From the NCBI GenBank assembly GCA_902605645.1, contig CACLDE010000004.1:8718-72717 (forward strand): 64,000 nt of DNA, given 5' to 3'. This stretch comes from an uncultured Pelagibacteraceae bacterium. GTDB taxonomy: Bacteria; Pseudomonadota; Alphaproteobacteria; Pelagibacterales; Pelagibacteraceae. The notes under the pieces were generated by a model. That model saw nothing but the letters and a program-made list of their open reading frames with translations. It was not told the DNA's origin and ran no database searches. Both the position numbers and the translations under genes were made by a program. This document shows positions 24,668-33,570 of the stretch, in pieces (positions within the stretch are counted from its first letter, which is position 1; every line of letters starts with the position of its first letter).

Positions 24668-25963
24668 TTATGCAGCTAAAGCTTGCTCAATATCAGCAAT
24701 AATATCGTCAGGATGCTCTATACCTATGGACAATCTGACGTACCCTGGTGTTACCCCGGCTTCTTGAAGTTGTTTTTCATTAAGCTGACTATGAGTTGTA
24801 GATGCTGGATGGATCGCTAAACTTCTTGCATCTCCGATATTAGCCACATGATATAGTAACTTTAAATTATCTATAAACTTAGCTCCTGCTTCTTTAGAAC
24901 CCAAATCCATACCTACCAAAGAACCATAACCACCGTTCATATATCTTTTTGCTCTTTCTCTTATTTCACCTTGGTGATTAGTAGGATAAATTACATTTTT
25001 AACTTTTTTTTGTGATTCTAAAAACTTAACAACTTTTTCTGCGTTAGCACAGTGTTGTTTCATTCTCAAAGCTACAGTTTCTAAGCCTTGAATAATTTGA
25101 AATGCATTAAAAGGTGATAGAGGAGCACCTAAGTCACGCAAAAGTACTACACGAGCTCTTACAGCGAAAGCAACGTTTGCTCCAGTCATCTTAGGAACAT
25201 CTCTTCCCCAAATTGCGCCATTGTAACTTGGATCAGGAGTATTGTATAAAGGCTGTCTCTTTGGATCTTTCACCCAATCGAAGGTTCCACCATCAACAAT
25301 TATTCCTCCAATAGATGTACCGTGACCTGCAATATATTTTGTTAATGAATGCATAACAACAGCTGCGCCATGTTCTAATGGTTTACAAATTACTGGCGCT
25401 GCAGTGTTATCAATTATAAGTGGAACACCATGTTTTTTTCCAATATCAGCAACTTCTTTAATTGGAAATACTCTCAAATAAGGATTTGGACAAGACTCAC
25501 CATAGTAAGCTCTTGTTTTTTCGTCAGTAAGTTTTTCAAAGTTTTTTGGATCAGATGGATCCGCGAATCTAACTTCTATACCTTGCATTCTTAAAGTATT
25601 CTTAAATAAATTTACTGTTCCTCCGTATAAATCTGTAGACGAAACTATATTATCCCCTGCTTGTGCAACATTCTGAACACAAAAAGCAGAAGCGGCTTGA
25701 CCTGAACCAACTGCCACTGCAGCCATTCCACCTTCTAAAGCTGCTACTCTTTTTTCTAATACGTCACAAGTTGGATTATTAATTCTTGTATATATATTTC
25801 CGAATTCTTTTAAACCAAATAAGTTTGCGGCAGTCTTCGCATCCTTAAATTGATATGATGTGGTTTGATATATTGGTACTGCTACTGATGTAGTAGCTGG
25901 ATCGCTTCGGTAGTCACCTCCATGCAAACCTATTGTTTCTGGATGTTTAATTTTCTTTGTCAT
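24668..25963 (-). CDS. metY: O-acetylhomoserine aminocarboxypropyltransferase (sulfhydrylase)
   Basis: PIYQTTSY, GNIYTRI, HSLTKY (PLP Lys), ANIGDARSL and RLSIGIE motifs. Confidence 0.93.
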   Translation of the reverse strand: MTKKIKHPETIGLHGGDYRSDPATTSVAVPIYQTTSYQFKDAKTAANLFGLKEFGNIYTRINNPTCDVLEKRVAALEGGMAAVAVGSGQAASAFCVQNVAQAGDNIVSSTDLYGGTVNLFKNTLRMQGIEVRFADPSDPKNFEKLTDEKTRAYYGESCPNPYLRVFPIKEVADIGKKHGVPLIIDNTAAPVICKPLEHGAAVVMHSLTKYIAGHGTSIGGIIVDGGTFDWVKDPKRQPLYNTPDPSYNGAIWGRDVPKMTGANVAFAVRARVVLLRDLGAPLSPFNAFQIIQGLETVALRMKQHCANAEKVVKFLESQKKVKNVIYPTNHQGEIRERAKRYMNGGYGSLVGMDLGSKEAGAKFIDNLKLLYHVANIGDARSLAIHPASTTHSQLNEKQLQEAGVTPGYVRLSIGIEHPDDIIADIEQALAA

Positions 25964-25970
25964 TTTCTCT

Positions 25971-26032
25971 CTCCTTTTTTAGTACTTCAGCAAAATGCTA
26001 GGTGTACAATACAGTTCAAATACCCGGTTTTA
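25971..26032 (-). ncRNA. SAM-V riboswitch (translational; overlaps the metY SD)
   Basis: Minus strand AAACCGGGUAUUUGAACUGUAUUGUACACCUAGCAUUUUGCUGAAGUACUAAAAAAGGAG matches the SAM-V pattern and ends in the AAGGAG SD. Confidence 0.85.
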
Positions 26033-26039
26033 TTTTTGT

Positions 26040-26069
26040 AAAAAAAAACCACCGACTAAAGCGGTGGTC
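26040..26069 (-). terminator. Intrinsic terminator forming the SAM-II expression platform
   Basis: GACCACCG-C UUUA G-U-CGGUGGUU stem followed by a long U run. Confidence 0.85.
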
Positions 26070-26079
26070 TAAGACTTTA

Positions 26080-26130
26080 CGCTTTAGCTGGATTTGTTAA
26101 GCGCCCGCAAGTTGTTTTAACTCGGCGCTA
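26080..26130 (-). ncRNA. SAM-II (SAM_alpha) riboswitch aptamer
   Basis: AGCGCC-GAGUUAAAACAACUUGCG-GGCGCU-UAACAAAUCCAGCUAAAGCG: P1 stem, GAnUU loop and AAAUnnAGCUAAA tail typical of SAM-II. Confidence 0.87.
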
Positions 26131-26134
26131 ATTA

Positions 26135-26164
26135 AATATACCAATTTATATGTTTATTAGTCAA
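26135..26164 (-). promoter_or_regulatory. Sigma70 promoter for the riboswitch-metY transcript
   Basis: TTGACT-18 nt-TATATT with extended TG, ending just before SAM-II P1. Confidence 0.7.
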
Positions 26165-26167
26165 TGA

Positions 26168-26566
26168 CTAATTCTTCATTGTTTTAAGCTCTAAAACGTT
26201 ACCGTGAGGATCCTCTATAAAAAATGTTTCTTGTTCTTCTTTTTGACCTTTAAATCTTGTGTAAGGATCATCTAAATAATTAACTTTGTCATGTGCTTCT
26301 ATATTGCCTTTAATTTTCGCAAATACCTCAGGATTTAAATGCACACCAAAATGAGGAACGGGAACTTTACCCATATCCACGTCATGTCGTTCTCTAGGAA
26401 GTTTCGTTTCAGTTTTATGAAGTGTAAGCTCATTACCCCAGAAATCTACATCTATCCACTTACCTTTTTCTCCATTACCCAATTTGCATCCAAGGATATT
26501 TTTATAAAAATCTATAGCAGTATCTAAGTTGCCTGCTGGTATAGCTAAATGAAAAGGTTTGCTCAT
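26168..26566 (-). CDS. VOC/glyoxalase family protein
   Basis: PFHLAIP, VPHFGV, EQETFF.DPHGNVLELK motifs. Confidence 0.88.
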   Translation of the reverse strand: MSKPFHLAIPAGNLDTAIDFYKNILGCKLGNGEKGKWIDVDFWGNELTLHKTETKLPRERHDVDMGKVPVPHFGVHLNPEVFAKIKGNIEAHDKVNYLDDPYTRFKGQKEEQETFFIEDPHGNVLELKTMKN

Positions 26567-26623
26567 GATTAAAGCGTTATAAATAATTCTTTAAATTTTT
26601 CAAGTAGTCATTATATACATAGT

Positions 26624-27202
26624 ATGAAAGATTATTTAGAATCAATAAAATCTAGAGATCCTGCGGCAAAATCTATACTGAGTATCATTCTCACATACCC
26701 AGGAGTTAAGGCAGTATTATTTCATAAGATTGCAAACTTTTTTTTTGTGGCTGGTTTTGATTTGATTGCTAGAATTATTTCTCAAACAGCAAGATTTTTT
26801 ACAGGAATAGAAATTCATCCAGGAGCAAAAATAGGAAAAAATTTATTTATAGACCATGGAATGGGAGTTGTAATAGGAGAAACTTCCGAAATAGGAGACA
26901 ACGTAACAATTTACCATGCAGTTACTTTAGGAGGTATATCACCTAGCATAGACAGTGAGAGACAACGACATGAAAAAAGACATCCCTCAATTGGAAATGA
27001 TGTTGTAATAGGTTCAGGCGCTCAAATTTTAGGACCCGTTAAAATTGGAAATAATTCTAGAATTGCTGCTAATGCTGTAGTGGTTAATGATGTTAAAGGA
27101 AATGCAACTGTGATTGGTATACCCGCTAAAGAAATCAAAGTTGGAAATAAAGGTACATTTAAACCTTATGGTGTCGATGACAAAGTTAAAGATGAAAAAT
27201 AA
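26624..27202 (+). CDS. cysE: Serine O-acetyltransferase (short form)
   Basis: [30 protein letters not shown] and KRHP motifs. Confidence 0.93.
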   Translation: MKDYLESIKSRDPAAKSILSIILTYPGVKAVLFHKIANFFFVAGFDLIARIISQTARFFTGIEIHPGAKIGKNLFIDHGMGVVIGETSEIGDNVTIYHAVTLGGISPSIDSERQRHEKRHPSIGNDVVIGSGAQILGPVKIGNNSRIAANAVVVNDVKGNATVIGIPAKEIKVGNKGTFKPYGVDDKVKDEK

Positions 27203-27569
27203 AGATTGGGACGCCAACTTAACTCCAGAGCAAAATTATATTTTAAAACAAGAAGGCACGGAGCCTCCAGGATCGAGTCCATTAAATAATGAAAAAAGAG
27301 AAGGCGCTTATCATTGTGCTGGTTGTGGTATAAAACTCTTTGACGCTGGCATGAAATTCGATAGTGGAACTGGATGGCCGTCATTTTTTGAATCTCTTCC
27401 TAATGTATTTGAAACAAAAACAGATAATCTTATTGGTTATCCAAGAACTGAATATCACTGCAAGAACTGCAAAGGACATCACGGCCATTTATTTGATGAT
27501 GGACCAAAACCTACAGGTAAAAGATATTGTAATAACGGAACATGTTTAGTTTTTATACCTAAAGAATGA
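27192..27569 (+). CDS. msrB: Peptide-methionine (R)-S-oxide reductase
   Basis: GTEPP, two Cxx[11 protein letters not shown] and [13 protein letters not shown]; true start is ATG 27192. Confidence 0.93.
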   Translation: MKNKDWDANLTPEQNYILKQEGTEPPGSSPLNNEKREGAYHCAGCGIKLFDAGMKFDSGTGWPSFFESLPNVFETKTDNLIGYPRTEYHCKNCKGHHGHLFDDGPKPTGKRYCNNGTCLVFIPKE

Positions 27570-28118
27570 AAAAGATTTTCCTCTTTTTAATACTCTTTCA
27601 ATTATTAAACTTTCAAAGTCTAATCGCTAAAGATTTATGGGCCGAAGCAAAAGAGGGGGATAAGATAATCTTAATAAGACACGCATTAGCCCCAGGAGGT
27701 GGAGATCCTCCAGGATTTAAAATAAATGATTGCAATACACAAAGAAACTTAAATAAGGTTGGGATTCAACAATCGAAAGCTATAGGCAAATTATTTAAGA
27801 AAAACAAAATTCCCGTAGATAAAGTTTTAAGTAGTCAATGGTGTAGATGTAAAGATACAGCAAAATACGCGTTTAAAAATTATTTCGAGTTTTCTGCTTT
27901 AAATTCAACCTTCCAGTTATCATTTGCAAAAAAATGAACCTAAACAACTTAAACAACTTCGAACATTTATTAATAACTGGGATGGTGATGGTGGCAACTT
28001 AGTTTTAATAACTCATTATAGTATAATTACTGCTATTACAGATGCAGTTCCTAGTTCAGGAGAAATAGTAATTACAGACAAAAAATTTAATGTGCTAAGC
28101 ACAATTCCAACAGACTAA
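27566..28118 (+). CDS. Histidine phosphatase family protein with signal peptide, split by a frameshift at A7 27928-27934
   Basis: LIRHA, RNL, SSQWCRC in the first ORF; LVLITH in the second. Deleting one A joins them. Confidence 0.8.
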
Positions 28119-28456
28119 AAAAAAACAAAATACACAATAAAGGCAATTAACGCATACTCAAATACAGTTTTAATTTTTGCAAGGTTATCTTGTCCTATTC
28201 TTTTGCTAATATAACTAGATAAAAAGAAAAAACTCAAATGTACAATGATTACAGCTATAGCAATACCAATTAGTGTTGCCTTAAATGAAAAGTTTTTGTA
28301 ACCAAAGTAACAAGCTGCAATAAAAGTAAACCAAGATACTTTTGAAATAAATATTTTGAATAATAACGCAGTTTTATTACTAAAAATAGATTGGGTTCTT
28401 ATGAATGAGTAGGACCATATTAACCCTAGTAAAAAACTTATATATTTAATAATCAT
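28115..28456 (-). CDS. Hypothetical membrane protein
   Basis: 113 aa, about 4 TM segments, fills the gap, promoter-like element upstream. Confidence 0.65.
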   Translation of the reverse strand: MIIKYISFLLGLIWSYSFIRTQSIFSNKTALLFKIFISKVSWFTFIAACYFGYKNFSFKATLIGIAIAVIIVHLSFFFLSSYISKRIGQDNLAKIKTVFEYALIAFIVYFVFF

Positions 28457-28479
28457 TGTGATAATTGTATCATTAAATT

Positions 28480-29193
28480 ATGTTAATTAAATCTTTCTTA
28501 GCGTTCGGCGCAGGTTTTATAAGTTTCCTTACTCCTTGTGTTTTACCAATTATACCGGGTTATATATCTTACATTACAGGAAAAAAAATCGACGAAATAG
28601 ATAAGGATAAAAAGATTGTTTTAATAAAAACAATTATTTTCACTTTAGGATTTTCTTTTGTTTTTATAAGCTTAGGAATGGCTGCATCATTTCTAGGGAA
28701 TGTATTAATCTTTTTTGGCAAAGAACTGAGGATAGCCGCTGGTATTATAATTATTTTATTTTCTCTTAATTTCATAGGTATTTTAAATTTTAATTTTCTT
28801 AATCAAGATAAGAAAATAGATACCGGAAATTATAAAGATAATTTTGTCTTTCCTTTTGTTGTAGGCGCTGCGTTTGCTTTTGGATGGACGCCTTGTATAG
28901 GCCCTGTATTAGGTTCAATTTTAGCTTTGTCAGCTACTGAAACAACTATAATAAGTGGAGTAATATTACTCTCTTTTTACTCTCTTGGACTTGCGATACC
29001 TTTCATACTTTCTGGATATTATATGACGATTTTTTTAAACTCCAAAAAAGGGTTTGGTAAACACTATTCAAAAGTTAAAAAAGGCGGTGGAGTAATTTTG
29101 TTGATCACTGGTGTTTTAATACTTACAAATTCAATACAGGTTATAAGCTATTATATTTTGACAACTTTTCCTTTTCTAACTAAGCTTGGTTAA
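28480..29193 (+). CDS. ccdA: Cytochrome c biogenesis protein CcdA
   Basis: SFLTPCVLP and FGWTPCIGP motifs. Confidence 0.93.
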   Translation: MLIKSFLAFGAGFISFLTPCVLPIIPGYISYITGKKIDEIDKDKKIVLIKTIIFTLGFSFVFISLGMAASFLGNVLIFFGKELRIAAGIIIILFSLNFIGILNFNFLNQDKKIDTGNYKDNFVFPFVVGAAFAFGWTPCIGPVLGSILALSATETTIISGVILLSFYSLGLAIPFILSGYYMTIFLNSKKGFGKHYSKVKKGGGVILLITGVLILTNSIQVISYYILTTFPFLTKLG

Positions 29194-30092
29194 TGAGTGA
29201 AGTTACTGTTCTAGGTATATTTGTTGCAGACTTAAGTTTTTCAGCAAATAAAATTCCAACAACTGGTGAAACTATTCTTGGTGATAAATATAATATTGGC
29301 CCGGGTGGTAAGGGCTGCAATCAAGCAATAGCTCTAGCAAGATTGGGATGTAAGGTTAACTTTATTTCAAAAATTGGGGATGATAACTATGGTAAACTTG
29401 CTTTAGACTCACTTAAACAAAATAAAATAGATACATCTAACATCATAATTTCAAACGAGCATCAAACCGGAGTAGCAGGCATCCATGTCGATAGTAATAC
29501 CGGGCAAAATGCAATAACTGTTATTAGAGGAGCTCCAGCTAGCTTTACCAAAGAAGAAATAGACATTGATATAATAAAAAAATCAAAAATATTCTTAACG
29601 CAATTAGAAATACCAATAGAAGTAACATTACATTGTTTAAAAGCAGCCAAAGAAAATGGTTTGATAAACATATTGAACCCTGCACCAGCATGTAAATTAG
29701 ATAAGGAATTTTTTACTTTAGCTGATTATTTTACTCCTAATGAAGCAGAGGCAGAATTCTATACTGGAGTAAAAATTAATAATGAAAACGATGCTAAAGA
29801 AAGCGCAAAAAAACTTTTAGCGTTAGGACTTAAAAAGGTAATAATAACTTTAGGGGAAAAAGGACTTTTTTATTCCGATGGCAATGAGGAAATTTATATT
29901 AAAGCTCTTCCATTTAAAAAAGTTGAAGATACTACTGGTGCAGGTGATGCTTTTAACGGTGGACTTGCTTATGCTTTGTCGAAAAATAAAAGTATTAAGG
30001 AGTGTTTAAATATTGCTAATCAGGTGGCAGGTTTATCAACATTAAAACTTGGTGCGGGTAATTCGATGCCCTTACTAACAGATTTAAAATAA
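29193..30092 (+). CDS. rbsK: Ribokinase (PfkB family)
   Basis: GGKGCNQA, QLEIP, LNPAPA, TPNEAE and DTTGAGDAF motifs. Confidence 0.88.
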   Translation: MSEVTVLGIFVADLSFSANKIPTTGETILGDKYNIGPGGKGCNQAIALARLGCKVNFISKIGDDNYGKLALDSLKQNKIDTSNIIISNEHQTGVAGIHVDSNTGQNAITVIRGAPASFTKEEIDIDIIKKSKIFLTQLEIPIEVTLHCLKAAKENGLINILNPAPACKLDKEFFTLADYFTPNEAEAEFYTGVKINNENDAKESAKKLLALGLKKVIITLGEKGLFYSDGNEEIYIKALPFKKVEDTTGAGDAFNGGLAYALSKNKSIKECLNIANQVAGLSTLKLGAGNSMPLLTDLK

Positions 30093-30094
30093 GA

Positions 30095-30349
30095 TTAAGA
30101 TAATAGTTTATCTAGTTCACCACTTCTATTTGCAGCCTGAAGTTTATCATTACCACCAATATAATGGTCACCAATAAAAATTTGAGGTATGGTTTTTGCG
30201 CCGTTCGTTCTTTGTATCATTTCTTTTGCTTTTGCAGGATCTTTCCAAATATCTAATTCTTCAATTTCAACATTTTTTGTTTTTAAAAGTGCTTTCGCTG
30301 CTTCACAAAATGAGCATGGATTGCCAGTATACATAGTAACTTTTTTCAT
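30095..30349 (-). CDS. grxC: Glutaredoxin 3
   Basis: CSFC active site, TIPQIFIG and GG motifs. Confidence 0.9.
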   Translation of the reverse strand: MKKVTMYTGNPCSFCEAAKALLKTKNVEIEELDIWKDPAKAKEMIQRTNGAKTIPQIFIGDHYIGGNDKLQAANRSGELDKLLS

Positions 30350-30351
30350 AA

Positions 30352-30666
30352 TTAACTTATATCACTAATCCTTATTTTCTCTCTTAATTTTTTTCTCTCG
30401 AACTTAAATTTTTTTCTATGTTTAATGCTAGTGTTATGAACTCTTTTTCTCCAAAGTCTAAATGCCGAAGGTTTTAAATTTTTTCGCATTATTTTAATTA
30501 CATCAGACTCGTTATTTCCGGTTTTCTCTTTTATTTCTTCAAAGGTAATTCTGTCTGCCCAAGCAGCCCAAATGACCCAGTCGGTACCTTTTTTTTTAGG
30601 CTCAGGATTTTTAACTTTAGTCTGGGGAATATAACTTTTCTTCTTCATATATTCATATATAGTCAT
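30352..30666 (-). CDS. TIGR03643-like small protein (start uncertain, possibly 30648)
   Basis: WAAWADRITFEEI...VIKIMR..LKPSAFRLWRKRV. Confidence 0.75.
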   Translation of the reverse strand: MTIYEYMKKKSYIPQTKVKNPEPKKKGTDWVIWAAWADRITFEEIKEKTGNNESDVIKIMRKNLKPSAFRLWRKRVHNTSIKHRKKFKFERKKLREKIRISDIS

Positions 30667-30673
30667 TTAAATA

Positions 30674-31288
30674 ATGTTTCCCACTGATTTTTTAATATTT
30701 TTACAAATAATTTTATTTTTATTTATAACTCCAGGACCACCGCGTGTTGTAATAGTTTCTCATACATTAAATTACGGAATTAAAAAGTCTGTGTGGACAG
30801 CATTTGGAGATATATCTGCAAATTTTTGTCAGGGTATTCTAGTTGTATTTTTTATTGGAACTTTTTTAAGTGATAATCCAGATATTCTTCAAATGTTAAA
30901 ATGGGCTGGAATTTTATATATCATCTACTTAGCTTACGACACTTACACTTCAAAAATAAAAATGATAAATTCTGGAAATAAAAATTTAAAGTCTATTTTT
31001 TCTTTTTATAGAGACGGATTTCTTGTTGCTGGATTAAGCCCTAAATCAATAATATTTTTTGGTACAATTTTTACTTCGTTTATTGATTTTACATTAAACT
31101 ATACTGCTCAATTTTTAATCTTGATAATTACATATGTATCTTTAGACTTTTTGACTTTGATGATTTACGCGTTTGCAGCAAACAAAGTATCGATTTGGTT
31201 AAAAGATAACCCCAAAGTTTTAAATACAATCTCAGCGTGTGTATTAATTATTATAGCTGTATATGTCGCGGCATCTCAAAACTATTAA
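30674..31288 (+). CDS. LysE/RhtB family exporter
   Basis: TPGP, LKWAGILY and SPKS motifs. Confidence 0.85.
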   Translation: MFPTDFLIFLQIILFLFITPGPPRVVIVSHTLNYGIKKSVWTAFGDISANFCQGILVVFFIGTFLSDNPDILQMLKWAGILYIIYLAYDTYTSKIKMINSGNKNLKSIFSFYRDGFLVAGLSPKSIIFFGTIFTSFIDFTLNYTAQFLILIITYVSLDFLTLMIYAFAANKVSIWLKDNPKVLNTISACVLIIIAVYVAASQNY

Positions 31289-31365
31289 TTAATTCTTACT
31301 GTTGCCATTTTTTCAAATTCTTGTTTTACTTTGTCATTAATTAATTAATTAACGAAGGAGAAATA

Positions 31366-32607
31366 ATGAATAAATTAGTAAAACTATTTATTACATCTAT
31401 TTCAGCTATAACTTTAGCACTTGTATCTTTCACATCTTCTTTTGCAAAAGTGGATGGTGAATACATTGTGTTAGGTTCTGCAATATCTCTTACAGGAAAA
31501 TATTCTTCTAATGGAGTACACACTCAAAACGGTTATAACATGGCCGTTGACAGAATTAACAAAATGGGTGGTGTAAAAGTTGGTGGAAAAAGTTACAAGT
31601 TTGAAATCATATATTACGATGATGAGTCAAACCCTAAAAGAGCTGCTCAGTTAGCTGAAAGACTAATTAAACAGGACGGCGTTCATTACATGCTTGGACC
31701 ATACAGTTCAGGTTTAACGAAAGCCATTGCACCAGTAACCGAGAAATATAAAATTCCTATGGTTGAAGCAAACGGTGCATCAAGATCTTTATTTACAAAA
31801 GGATATAAATATTTGTTCGCGGTGTTATCACCTGCTAACCAATACCTTGAAGTAGCAATCGATCTTGCTGTTGAAAAAAATGGTGGTAAGCCAGTTAGAA
31901 TAGCGCAAGCATTTGAACAAGATGCATTCTCACAAGACGTGAGACTTGGTATCTTAGATGCAGCTAAAAGAACTGGATCAGAGATTATAATCGATGATAA
32001 ATTACCAAAAGAGTTAAATGATATGGCTGCTACATTAGCTAAAGTTAAAGCAACTAAACCTGATGTACTTGTTGTATCTGGCCACACTAAAGGCGCATTA
32101 ACTGCAATCAGACAAATTTCTGAGATGAAAGTTGATGTTCCAATGTTAGCGATGACACATTGCGATGCTGCAAAACTTTCTAAACAACATGGAAAGAATT
32201 CAGAATACGCACTATGTGCTTCTCAGTGGCATAAAAACTTAAGCTACAAAGATAAGTTTTTTGGTGGTGGTAAAAAGTATGACAAAGACTTTAAAAAAGA
32301 ATTTGGTTATGCACCGCCTTACCAATCAGCTGAATCATCTGCTGCTTTATTAGTATTCAAAGATGCGTTCGAAAGAGCGAATTCTTTTGATAGAGATAAA
32401 GTAAGAGATGCTTTGAAAGATACTGACATGCAAACTTTCTATGGAAACATTAAATTTGGTCCTGGTGGTCAAAACGTTGCTAAACCAATGATCTTGTTCC
32501 AAGTAAGATGTAAAGGTGATACGTGTGAGAATAAAGTTGTTGCTCCAACAAAATGGGCTTCAGACAAATTCTACCACCCAATACCTAAGTGGTCAGAGCG
32601 AGGCTAA
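31366..32607 (+). CDS. ABC transporter substrate-binding protein, Liv/HAAT type (possibly dicarboxylate-binding)
   Basis: Signal peptide, SLTGKYS, YDDESNP and LGPYSS motifs; AAGGAG SD. Confidence 0.9.
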   Translation: MNKLVKLFITSISAITLALVSFTSSFAKVDGEYIVLGSAISLTGKYSSNGVHTQNGYNMAVDRINKMGGVKVGGKSYKFEIIYYDDESNPKRAAQLAERLIKQDGVHYMLGPYSSGLTKAIAPVTEKYKIPMVEANGASRSLFTKGYKYLFAVLSPANQYLEVAIDLAVEKNGGKPVRIAQAFEQDAFSQDVRLGILDAAKRTGSEIIIDDKLPKELNDMAATLAKVKATKPDVLVVSGHTKGALTAIRQISEMKVDVPMLAMTHCDAAKLSKQHGKNSEYALCASQWHKNLSYKDKFFGGGKKYDKDFKKEFGYAPPYQSAESSAALLVFKDAFERANSFDRDKVRDALKDTDMQTFYGNIKFGPGGQNVAKPMILFQVRCKGDTCENKVVAPTKWASDKFYHPIPKWSERG

Positions 32608-32627
32608 TAACTAATTAATGCATTGAT

Positions 32628-32658
32628 AAGCCCCTGGTTTTCCGGGGGCTTTTCTTTT
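32628..32658 (+). terminator. Intrinsic terminator-like hairpin between the SBP and permease genes
   Basis: AAGCCCCTGG-TTTT-CCGGGGGCTT followed by TTCTTTT. Confidence 0.8.
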
Positions 32659-32676
32659 AAAAGGTTATAATCTTTT

Positions 32677-33570
32677 ATGGATTTTTTAATTTTTAAAGCC
32701 CCAATGCTAATGGTCCAAGCATCATTGGACGGAATTCTTTTAGGAATTTTATTTGCTTTAATTGCATACGGCATGGCTCTTCAGTGGGGCGTAATGAATA
32801 TAATTAATATTGCACAAGGTGATTTAGTAATACTTGGAGGATATATTGCATACACAATGTATCTTGCTGGAATTCATCCAGCTTGGGGAGTTATTGTCTC
32901 TCCAATTATAATGTTCTTTGTTGGTTGGGCGCTTTATAAGTTAGTAATCAATAAAGTTGTCGACCGCGATCTTTTTATTTCGATTTTAGCAACTTTTGGT
33001 ATTGCCATCGTGTTTCAACAATTAATGAATTTTATTTTTGGTGCAGACGTTGTGGTTGCTCAATCAGGATATGGAACAACAATGTTATTTGATAATTCTG
33101 TAACTTTGCCAAATTCAAAAATATTCTCTGCTGTAATAAGTGTTTTATACGCAATCGCTCTAGTTATATATATGAAAAAATCTAGACTAGGACGAGCTAT
33201 AAGAGCTACAGCTCAAAATGCAAGAGCAGCAAAAATTTTAGGCGTAGATACCGAAAAAGTTTATGCTGCAACTTTTGGAATTAATGCAGCTTTATGTGGA
33301 ATCGCAGGAGCCTTAATTTCAATCACGCTAACCCTTCATCCTTATGTCGGACTTCCTTATACAGTTAGATCATTCATGATAGTTATAGTTGCAGGTCTTG
33401 GTAATTTACCAGCGGTGGCAGTTTCGGGGATGGGTTTAGGACTATTTGAGGAATTTGCAGATTATATTTTAGGTACAGAATTTAGAATAGGAGCAGTGTT
33501 TATGCTGCTAGTATTTATATTGGTTTACAGAAGGTTTAAACTTTCAAAAAAAAGGGAGTATTTAAAATAA
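32677..33570 (+). CDS. ABC permease, LivH type
   Basis: WGVMNIINIAQG and GRAIRATAQN motifs. Confidence 0.9.
   Translation: MDFLIFKAPMLMVQASLDGILLGILFALIAYGMALQWGVMNIINIAQGDLVILGGYIAYTMYLAGIHPAWGVIVSPIIMFFVGWALYKLVINKVVDRDLFISILATFGIAIVFQQLMNFIFGADVVVAQSGYGTTMLFDNSVTLPNSKIFSAVISVLYAIALVIYMKKSRLGRAIRATAQNARAAKILGVDTEKVYAATFGINAALCGIAGALISITLTLHPYVGLPYTVRSFMIVIVAGLGNLPAVAVSGMGLGLFEEFADYILGTEFRIGAVFMLLVFILVYRRFKLSKKREYLK

Noticed and set aside
27192-27937. Selenocysteine or TGA read-through in msrB or the phosphatase
   Set aside because: The MsrB catalytic residue is TGT Cys; the phosphatase TGA results from the frameshift
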